In this document: in pieces, positions 1-7,637 of the stretch | Position numbering within the stretch: the stretch's first letter is position 1 | How the letters are laid out: each line of letters begins with the position of its first letter | Assembly: GCA_045863395.1 (NCBI GenBank) | Contig: BTVJ01000142.1 | Span: 1-11,299, forward strand | Source: Myxococcales bacterium | Lineage (GTDB): Bacteria; Myxococcota_A; UBA9042; JABWCM01; BTVJ01 | Length of the DNA stretch: 11,299 bases | Direction: 5' to 3' | Notes under the pieces: generated by a model | Seen by the model: the letters and a program-made list of their open reading frames with translations, nothing else | What the model was told of the DNA's origin: nothing | The model's database searches: none | Position numbers and translations under genes: made by a program

Positions 1-55
1 GAGCGTGACGAGGCGGCGCGCGAGCGTGACGAGGCGGCGCGCGAGCGTGACGAGG
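1..55 (+). repeat. 21-bp tandem repeat GAGCGTGACGAGGCGGCGCGC (two full copies plus a partial third, possibly more upstream of the window)
   Basis: Bases 1-21 and 22-42 are identical, and 43-55 repeats the first 13 nt. The unit is in frame and encodes ERDEAAR. Confidence 0.95.
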
Positions 56-117
56 AGCGGCTGCGACGGCTGGAGCTGGAGGCCCGCCTCGCCGAGCTGG
101 AACGTGAGCGCGGCTGA
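1..117 (+). CDS. 3' end of a CDS truncated by the window edge; charged coiled-coil tail (ERDEAARERDEAARERDEERLRRLELEARLAELERERG*), resembling tails on myxobacterial Uma2/DUF820-type proteins
   Basis: Frame 1 is open from base 1 to TGA at 115-117, with mostly G/C third positions and a heptad E/R/A/L composition. The family guess rests on the tail only, because the catalytic domain is outside the window. Confidence 0.65.
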   Translation, partial: ERDEAARERDEAARERDEERLRRLELEARLAELERERG

Positions 118-247
118 GCCTCGGGGCCATCGTGCATGGAGAAATCGTATCTCGCGTGCCTGTCTGGGCCGCCTATGACGCCACGCGGACCATCTCGCCT
201 GACACTTGCGCACTCCGCTGATCCAGTGCCAGGGGGGCCTGCCACGG

Positions 248-2395
248 TCAGTAGTCGAACCCACTCCCCCCGATGAACTCCCGGAGCAGGGACGTCTGGG
301 GGACGTGGTCCGGGTAGATGGTCACGAAGCGGTCGATGAGGTGGCGCAGCCGGAAGGCTGTCGCATAGGACGCGTGATCTCGCGGCACCTCGAGCAGATA
401 GCGGTCGGCGTAGACCTTGAGCACCGAGGGTTCATAGATCAGCGCCGAGTCGAAGACGACGTCTGCTTGCGTGATATAGGGGAAGATGTGCGTCAGCTCA
501 CCGCGGCGCACCAATGGCCAGCGGGCGATGGTCTCGGCCGCATCGGTGGCCCGGTGGTGCCGGTCGCGTACGATTCGCCTCAGAAGCCGCAGATCCGACA
601 CGTTGAAGTGGGTCACCCGGTCGAAGGGCAGGGCGGTCATTGCGTTGATGAACACCCGGTAGGTCTCGTCGGCCCGAAAGGCGCCACCGACGATGCGCGG
701 GTTGAGGCCGTGGATGCCCTCCAGCATGAGCACCGTGCCGGGCTCGAGGAGGACCTCCGGCCCTCCGGCTGGGAGGCTCCGCCCCCGGGGGAAGTCGAAG
801 CGGGCGAGCCGCACGCGCTCCCCTCGCGCCAGGGCTGTCAGGTCCCTGTTGAGCATCTCCAGATCCAGCGCCTCGATGGCCTCGAAGTCGAAGTTCCCGT
901 CCGCGTCGCGGATGGTCGCCTCCCGGTCCACGTAGTAGTTGTCGAGGGAGACGGAGACCGGATCGATGCCGTTGACCTGGAGCTGCACGGTCAGGCGCTT
1001 GATGAAGGTCGTCTTTCCCGCCGAGCTGGGGCCGGCGATGGTGATCACCCGCACCCGGTCACGCCGCGCCGCGATGTCGTCGGCGATGTGCGTGATGTGC
1101 TTCTCGTGGAAGCTCTCGCTCACGCGGATGATCTGTGACACGTCCCGGGAGATGCAGCGCTCGTTGAAGGCCCCGACGCTGGTCACGCCCAGCGCCGTCG
1201 CCCACTGGCGCAAGAGCCGGCTCGCCCGGCGCGCCGCCTGCACCGTGCGCAGCCCCGCATCCCGCTCGCCGTTCACGGCTCCCGCGGGCGGCTCTCCCCA
1301 ACGAAGGAGGAGGCTCCCGTCCTGAACCTCCAGGCACAGGGTCCCGATGGGCGCCGCCGACGGCAGGACGGGGCCGGTGCTGACGGCAGACGTCGAGCCG
1401 AGGGTGACCATGGGGACGGTGGAGTCGCGCCACGTATCCAGGGAGGCGACCGCGTCGCGCCAGCCCTGCCGGGCGAGGCGCTCCACCGCCTCCTCCACCG
1501 AGACGCGCTCCGTCAGGAACGGCTGGTTCACGGCGATCAGCCGCGTGACCACCCCTTGCAGTCCGGCGGCAAGGTCGTCGAGGGAGCGGCCCTCGTCCTC
1601 GGGCACCTCGATGAGCTGCGCGAACCCGAGCGACGGGCCGATGCGGATCTGTGCGGGGGGCCGCAGGTGTCGCGCGGCCTCCAGGAGGAGCAGGCCGACG
1701 CACCACCGGAAGATGCGGATCCCCTCCCAGCTCGCGGTGGTCAGCGGCTCGACGGTGGCGTTGTAGGCGATGGGCGTGTTGAGGGAGACGGCCTTGCGGT
1801 CGAGCAGCGCCGCCACGGTCAGCTCTCCGTTCACGGTCGCCGGCAGCAGCGTGCCGATCAGGGTCCCCGTGGGGACGCCGCGCTCCCGCCCGCCCATGGC
1901 CACCGTGACCGTGGTCCTGTGGGGCAGCGCCCGCTCGCTCAGAAGGGCGTGGACGTTGTCGTCCAGGGTCACGAGCGCCCGCTGCAGCGCCGCCATGGCC
2001 TGCCGCAGCACGGCCAGGGCCAGCGCGGGGTCCTCCTGCTCCATGCGGGCGAAGGCCTCCGCGGTCAGGCGCGCCAGCTCCAGCTCCGAGTCGGCGAGGA
2101 CCGACGCGGCCCGAGGTCGGCCCGTGATCAGGCCGAGCTCGCCAAAGTGCGACCCAGGTCCCAGCGCTGCGATGTCCAGGCCCTTGCGTCGCACCGTCGC
2201 TCGCCCGGCGACCACCACGAACATGTCCCGCGACAGGTCCCCCTCGCGCAGCACGGTCTGGCCGGCGGCGACGGAGAGGTGCACGAAGTAGGCCGCTGCC
2301 CGCTCCAGCAGTCCCGGGTCGAAGGTCTGGAGGTAGGCGCCCCGCTCGATGTCCACGGTCGTCAGCATGGGAACGGTCGGTGTGGGGAGCGGCAT
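248..2395 (-). CDS. Cyclic-nucleotide-binding domain + threonyl-tRNA synthetase N-terminal-like (TGS/editing-like) region + uridine/nucleoside kinase (PRK/UK family) fusion, 715 aa
   Basis: cNMP motifs: VLREGD..RDMFVVVAGR and GPGSHFGELGLITGRPRAASV. ThrRS-like segment: VPTGT...VAALLDRKAVSL...EGIRIFR. Kinase motifs: Walker A IAGPSSAGKTT (GPSSAGKT at 1010-1033), SLDNYY, LEGIHGLNP, RLLRRIVRD and the C-terminus SLLREFIGGSGFDY. Shine-Dalgarno AGGAGGT at 2401-2407. Confidence 0.9.
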   Translation of the reverse strand: MPLPTPTVPMLTTVDIERGAYLQTFDPGLLERAAAYFVHLSVAAGQTVLREGDLSRDMFVVVAGRATVRRKGLDIAALGPGSHFGELGLITGRPRAASVLADSELELARLTAEAFARMEQEDPALALAVLRQAMAALQRALVTLDDNVHALLSERALPHRTTVTVAMGGRERGVPTGTLIGTLLPATVNGELTVAALLDRKAVSLNTPIAYNATVEPLTTASWEGIRIFRWCVGLLLLEAARHLRPPAQIRIGPSLGFAQLIEVPEDEGRSLDDLAAGLQGVVTRLIAVNQPFLTERVSVEEAVERLARQGWRDAVASLDTWRDSTVPMVTLGSTSAVSTGPVLPSAAPIGTLCLEVQDGSLLLRWGEPPAGAVNGERDAGLRTVQAARRASRLLRQWATALGVTSVGAFNERCISRDVSQIIRVSESFHEKHITHIADDIAARRDRVRVITIAGPSSAGKTTFIKRLTVQLQVNGIDPVSVSLDNYYVDREATIRDADGNFDFEAIEALDLEMLNRDLTALARGERVRLARFDFPRGRSLPAGGPEVLLEPGTVLMLEGIHGLNPRIVGGAFRADETYRVFINAMTALPFDRVTHFNVSDLRLLRRIVRDRHHRATDAAETIARWPLVRRGELTHIFPYITQADVVFDSALIYEPSVLKVYADRYLLEVPRDHASYATAFRLRHLIDRFVTIYPDHVPQTSLLREFIGGSGFDY

Positions 2396-2440
2396 GACGC
2401 ACCTCCTGCCGCTCTTGATACCACCATCAGGCGGGGACCG

Positions 2441-3262
2441 TCACTCCCCCAGTCGGAACACGCGCCGGGCGTTGCCCCCGAGGAACAACGCCCGTGCCTC
2501 GTCGTCCAGGGCGAGCCGGTCCAGCTCCGCGAGGCAGGCGGCGGGCTGGAGCATGGGGAAGTTGCTCCCGAAGAGCACCTTGCGGCGCCCATGGCCCCGC
2601 ATGAACGCGACCAGCTCCGCGGGGAAGCGGCTCGGCTTGTAGGCGGACGTGTCGATGTGGACGTTCTCGTACTTGGTGGCCAGCGCGATCATCTCGACGG
2701 TCCACGGGTAGCCGATGTGGCCGCCCACGATGGTCAGCTCGGGCCACTCGCAGGCCACCACGTCCAGGTACGGGATGGGACGTCCGGGCTCCGAGGGGCG
2801 GAGCGGGCCCGCGTGGCCCACCTGCAGGCAGAACGGGATGCCCAGCTCGATGCACTCGGCGTAGAGCGGGGCATAGCGCCGGTCGTCGGGGGGCAGGCCC
2901 CAGAGCCAGGGCAGAACGCGAAGGGCGCGGAAGCCGAGGTCCTTGACGCACCGGCGCAGCTCCCGGACAGCCGCCATGGGGCGATGGAGGTCCACGGACG
3001 CGACCCCGATGAAGCGCCCCGGGTGGGCGGCGACCAGCGCCGCGACCTCGTCGTTGCCGATGAGCGGCCCGTCAGGCCCCCACCAGGCGCAGGCAAGCGC
3101 CCGGGACACCTTCGCTGCGTCCATGGACCCTACGGTCAGTGTAGTCGGGATGGGGGGGGGCACCGTGTCCATGCGCATCCAGCGGCGAATGGCCTCGAAC
3201 ATCGGGTGCCCGATGAAGGCCGCGTTGGGGTGCTGGATCCACGCATCGATGATCTCGCTCAT
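2441..3262 (-). CDS. Amidohydrolase family protein (Amidohydro_2-like TIM barrel), 273 aa
   Basis: Motifs include NDEVAALVAAHPGRFIGVASV, AVRELRRCVKDLGFRAL, PLYAECIELGIP, PELTIVGGHIGYPW, NVHIDTSA, KVLFGSNFP and LGGNARRVF. The start is placed at ATG 3262 (MSEIIDAW), preceded by SD GGAGG, rather than at the track's 3295. Confidence 0.9.
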   Translation of the reverse strand: MSEIIDAWIQHPNAAFIGHPMFEAIRRWMRMDTVPPPIPTTLTVGSMDAAKVSRALACAWWGPDGPLIGNDEVAALVAAHPGRFIGVASVDLHRPMAAVRELRRCVKDLGFRALRVLPWLWGLPPDDRRYAPLYAECIELGIPFCLQVGHAGPLRPSEPGRPIPYLDVVACEWPELTIVGGHIGYPWTVEMIALATKYENVHIDTSAYKPSRFPAELVAFMRGHGRRKVLFGSNFPMLQPAACLAELDRLALDDEARALFLGGNARRVFRLGE

Positions 3263-3438
3263 GGTGCCTCCGATGACTGCCGGGCGATTGTGCAACAGGG
3301 CGGCGCGTCATGCCAGCGGCGCGCTGGGGTCCACGGGCGGCGCTCTCAGACGCGCCGCGCGAGATGGGGCTTTACAGATGCGGGGCTGCCGTGTCAGAGT
3401 CGCCCCGGTCCAACTCAAGACACACCAATGGAGACACA

Positions 3439-3912
3439 ATGAAGCTGATGAACTTGCTCGTGACGTGCGCGCTCTCCCTGACCCTGATTGGCTCCGCTGC
3501 GGCGGAGGAGTTCAACCACCCTGCCGGCTTCAAGCTCTGGGTGCCCGACGGCTGGACGCACGAGGCGGAGGGCGAGGCGCTCCAGGCGACGGACCCGGAC
3601 GAGGAGGTCACCTTCGGCTTCATCGTGCTGGACAATGCCTCGGACATCGAGGCGGCCCTCAAGGGCCTGGACGAGGAGCTCGGCAAGGTGATCAAGGATC
3701 TCAAGGCGGAGGAGCCGAGCGAGACCAAGATCAACGGCCTGGACGCGGTGGTCGTCGACGCCAAGGGCAAGATCGAGGGGACCGCCGTCGACGTTGGCGT
3801 GGCGCTCATCGCCAAGGGCGGCAAGGTCATGCTGGTCTTCGGCGCCGTCGAGAGCAGCAAGGCGAAGAAGCACGACGCCGCCATCGAGAAGATCATCAAG
3901 TCCATCAAGTAG
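3439..3912 (+). CDS. Secreted/periplasmic protein, 157 aa, probably PsbP/Mog1-like (DUF1795/DcrB-like) fold
   Basis: ATG at 3439 follows SD GGAGA. It has a Sec signal MKLMNLLVTCALSLTLIGSAAA, then FNHPAGFKLWVPDGW, a central TKINGLDA and a terminal IEKIIKSIK, a pattern typical of PsbP-like proteins. G/C third-position bias is very strong. The CDS is solid but the fold is inferred. Confidence 0.8.
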   Translation: MKLMNLLVTCALSLTLIGSAAAEEFNHPAGFKLWVPDGWTHEAEGEALQATDPDEEVTFGFIVLDNASDIEAALKGLDEELGKVIKDLKAEEPSETKINGLDAVVVDAKGKIEGTAVDVGVALIAKGGKVMLVFGAVESSKAKKHDAAIEKIIKSIK

Positions 3913-3921
3913 AGCGCCGGG

Positions 3922-4809
3922 CTACCTGACGCACCCCCACCTCCCCAGCCCGTCGTTTGCATCGGAGTCCCAGGCGCAGCGCCTTTCGACAGCGGTGCAG
4001 TCCTGGCTCCGACGCCGTGCCCCGTCGCAGAAGTGCAGCGTGTTGCCCTGGCACCGGCCGGCCTCGGTCAGGTCGCCACAGCCGGTCTCGCCGCACAGCC
4101 CGGACGCGCCGTCGCAGCCCACCCCGGGCTCGCACCCCCCGCAGGCCCCGCCGCAGCCGTCGTCGCCGCACTCGCGGCCGGTGCACGTTGGGGCGCACGC
4201 CGTCACCACACAGTCGTGGGTGGACGCCTCCGGGTTCCAGTCGCAGAGCAGGGACGCGCTGCCGCAGTCCACCGCGGCCAGGGCGCCATCCACGCACAGG
4301 GAGAGCACAACGCCGTTGCACACGCCCGTTGGAGGGAGCGCCCCGCAGGGGCCACCCACCGGCGCGCAGGCGAGGCCGTCACACGCCTCCGCGCCTCCGC
4401 AGCCCCCACACGAGCCCCCGCACCCGTCAGGGCCGCACACCCCGGCGCAGAGCGGGACGCAGGGCGCGCAGGTCCCCTGCTTGGTGCAGCTCTCCCCCGT
4501 TCCGCACGCGCCGCACTCGCCTCCGCATCCATCCGGCCCACAGGCGCGCCCCGCGCAGTCGGGGAGGCAGGTGCCTGGCGGGACGCAGGCCAGGGCGTGA
4601 CCCGAGACCTCCTGGCACTTCGTCCCCTGTGCGCACGCCCCGCACGAGCCGCCGCAGCCGTCGGGTCCGCATGCGCGCCCTGCACAGTCAGGAGCGCAGG
4701 ATGGGTCAGGCGTGGCCTTGGGTGGCGTTGTCTCGCGAACGCAGGCGTATGGGGTGAACCACGAGAGAAGAGCGGCCAGTACAGGCCAGGATCGGCGAGA
4801 ACGGCTCAG
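3922..4809 (-). CDS. Cysteine-rich modular (lipo)protein, 295 aa, with a proposed non-canonical CTG start
   Basis: The frame of the track's 3922..4440 ORF stays open upstream and continues the same Cys repeats to 4698. Before them lies a signal-peptide-like MSRSRRSWPVLAALLSWFTPYA-C if read from CTG 4809-4807, which overlaps the upstream TGA (4808-4806). There is no in-frame ATG/GTG/TTG between the in-frame stop at 4894-4896 and 4440. Coding status is high confidence; the exact start is moderate. Confidence 0.78.
   Translation of the reverse strand: MSRSRRSWPVLAALLSWFTPYACVRETTPPKATPDPSCAPDCAGRACGPDGCGGSCGACAQGTKCQEVSGHALACVPPGTCLPDCAGRACGPDGCGGECGACGTGESCTKQGTCAPCVPLCAGVCGPDGCGGSCGGCGGAEACDGLACAPVGGPCGALPPTGVCNGVVLSLCVDGALAAVDCGSASLLCDWNPEASTHDCVVTACAPTCTGRECGDDGCGGACGGCEPGVGCDGASGLCGETGCGDLTEAGRCQGNTLHFCDGARRRSQDCTAVERRCAWDSDANDGLGRWGCVR
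4132..4698 (-). repeat. Four copies of the Cys/Gly module C-x-P-x-C-x-G-x(1-2)-CG[PD]DGCGG-x-CG-x-C
   Basis: Copies read by hand: 4698-4633 CAPDCAGRACGPDGCGGSCGAC; 4569-4504 CLPDCAGRACGPDGCGGECGAC; 4461-4399 CVPLCAGVCGPDGCGGSCGGC; 4197-4132 CAPTCTGRECGDDGCGGACGGC. Confidence 0.9.
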
Positions 4810-6140
4810 AACTTTCCGGTGAGGTGGAACTGAAACATGATGTCCGTCGTGTTCTCCTGGCGGAAGCGCGACGCTGACCCGGAGAGCTCCCGGTCACCCG
4901 CCGGCGCATCCAGGGACTGCACGTACACGGGGTTGAACTCGTTGCCCCGGGCGCCGGTCTCGAGGACCTGGCCGTCGCCGTCCAGGTCCTTGCCCGGGTC
5001 GGCGTTGGTCAGCAGGTGGTCGGTCTGCCAGTTGACCGCGAAGGTCGCCCCGAACTGGATGTACTTCACCGGCTGGTAGTGGACCCCGATCCACGTGCCG
5101 AAGTTGGCGTAGTGCTCCACGTCCGTGATCCCGTCCGTGCGCGACGGAGATGCCTGCTTGCCCTTGACGTCCAGCGTGTGCGCCGTCAACAAGCAGGCCG
5201 GGTTTGCGTTGCACTGGCTGCCGCCGAGCGCCTCGAACAGGTCGGTGTACTCCCGGCCCTCGAAGAAGTAGTCGGCGAGCATCCCGATGTCGATCTCGAC
5301 GCGGGCGTCCTTGTCGTTGTCCTCCCACGGCAGGAACTCGGTGCCCAGCATGAGGCCCATGCTGTTGCCGGGGCTCACCAGGGTCTGGGTAGGCCCGCCG
5401 TCCTTGAACAGCGTGTCCGACGCCGGGAAGCGGAAGACCCCGTGGAAGTCGAAGTAGGGCTCGATCCACGGGAGCGCCCGGCGGCTGATGGTCGTGAAGA
5501 TCTTGAGGGCGTGGATGCCCTGGCCCACGTCGGTGTTCGTGGTCTTGCGCACCTTGCCCGTGGGCGCCGTGTAGGTCAGCCCCAGGACCCAGGTGGGCTC
5601 GGTGTGATCCCGCTGGTAGTTGTAGGGGGCATACTTCAGGCTGATGTCCATGTCGCCGAAGCCGCTGCGCTGCTGGCCCACGTTCGGCACCAGGAACAGG
5701 GAGCCCGCCGCGTCGCCCGCCTTGTCCACCGACGAGTTGGTCGCGTCGGAGACGCCCGTCGCGAAGTCGAGCTTGGTCTGGTCGAACAGGATGATCGGCA
5801 GGTCGAGGGCCAGCTCCAGGTCGTGGTAGAGCCCGATGCGCGGCGAGATGGTCATCGTGTGGATCGTGCGGCTCGCCGTCAGCTCGTTGCCGAAGAGCAC
5901 AAGGTCCTTGGCGGTGCAGGCGGCGTTGCCGTCCGTGCGGTAGCAGGGGAACTCCCGCGTCAGGTCCGCCTTGTGGGAGTGGAACTGGTAGCGCACCTCG
6001 ATGGCGGCATCGAAGGGGTCGTCACCGTCCGCCGCGTCGAGCACGTCGGTCACGATGGCCTGGGCCGACGCTGCCGCGGGAGCCAGCAGGAGGGCCGCCG
6101 CCACCGCCCGGGAGAGGAGCATTCTCTTCGCAGAGTCCAC
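4806..6140 (-). CDS. Outer-membrane beta-barrel protein (putative transporter; COG4313/Phenol_MetA_deg-like motifs), 444 aa
   Basis: GTG start follows SD GAGGT. The signal peptide ends AASA/Q. It has alternating amphipathic strands, the motifs GFGDMDISLKY and LGLTYTAPTG, and a BAM-type C-terminal strand MFQFHLTGKF ending in Phe. Confidence 0.85.
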   Translation of the reverse strand: MDSAKRMLLSRAVAAALLLAPAAASAQAIVTDVLDAADGDDPFDAAIEVRYQFHSHKADLTREFPCYRTDGNAACTAKDLVLFGNELTASRTIHTMTISPRIGLYHDLELALDLPIILFDQTKLDFATGVSDATNSSVDKAGDAAGSLFLVPNVGQQRSGFGDMDISLKYAPYNYQRDHTEPTWVLGLTYTAPTGKVRKTTNTDVGQGIHALKIFTTISRRALPWIEPYFDFHGVFRFPASDTLFKDGGPTQTLVSPGNSMGLMLGTEFLPWEDNDKDARVEIDIGMLADYFFEGREYTDLFEALGGSQCNANPACLLTAHTLDVKGKQASPSRTDGITDVEHYANFGTWIGVHYQPVKYIQFGATFAVNWQTDHLLTNADPGKDLDGDGQVLETGARGNEFNPVYVQSLDAPAGDRELSGSASRFRQENTTDIMFQFHLTGKF

Positions 6141-6196
6141 GCGGCCACCTCGTCAAAGCCTGAAAAACAAAGCAGAATCAGCACCTTTGCGCCGCG

Positions 6197-6221
6197 AGCC
6201 TAGCACCCGCCTCCAGATCTG

Positions 6222-6225
<4 letters not shown>
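6197..6225 (-). promoter_or_regulatory. Sigma70-type promoter for the beta-barrel/Cys-rich gene pair
   Basis: The minus strand reads TTGACA (6225-6220), a 17-nt spacer, then TAGGCT (6202-6197), with an extended -10 TG (TGcTAGGCT). An AT-rich leader follows before the GTG at 6140. Confidence 0.75.
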
Positions 6226-7631
<1,406 letters not shown>

Positions 7632-7637
7632 GGTCCC

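Noticed and set aside
248..2395. cNMP-kinase as a Pycsar/CBASS anti-phage effector
   Set aside because: No nucleotide cyclase or other defence gene is adjacent in the window, and the binding cassette looks like a canonical cAMP type.
3289..3316. TGGCA...TTGCA on the minus strand upstream of the amidohydrolase as a sigma54 promoter
   Set aside because: The spacing between GG and GC is 19 nt, not 10.
206..3442. Long plus-strand ORFs (206..1138, 1556..3442 and others) and the alternate-frame minus ORF 1059..2402
   Set aside because: These are shadow frames of the kinase and amidohydrolase genes in GC-rich DNA, with no recognisable motifs.
3922..4440. 172-aa ORF starting at GTG 4440 as the complete Cys-rich gene, or as a metallothionein or RiPP precursor
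   Set aside because: The GTG lies inside the third repeat and the frame continues upstream to a signal-peptide-like segment. No RiPP maturases are nearby, and export favours disulfides.
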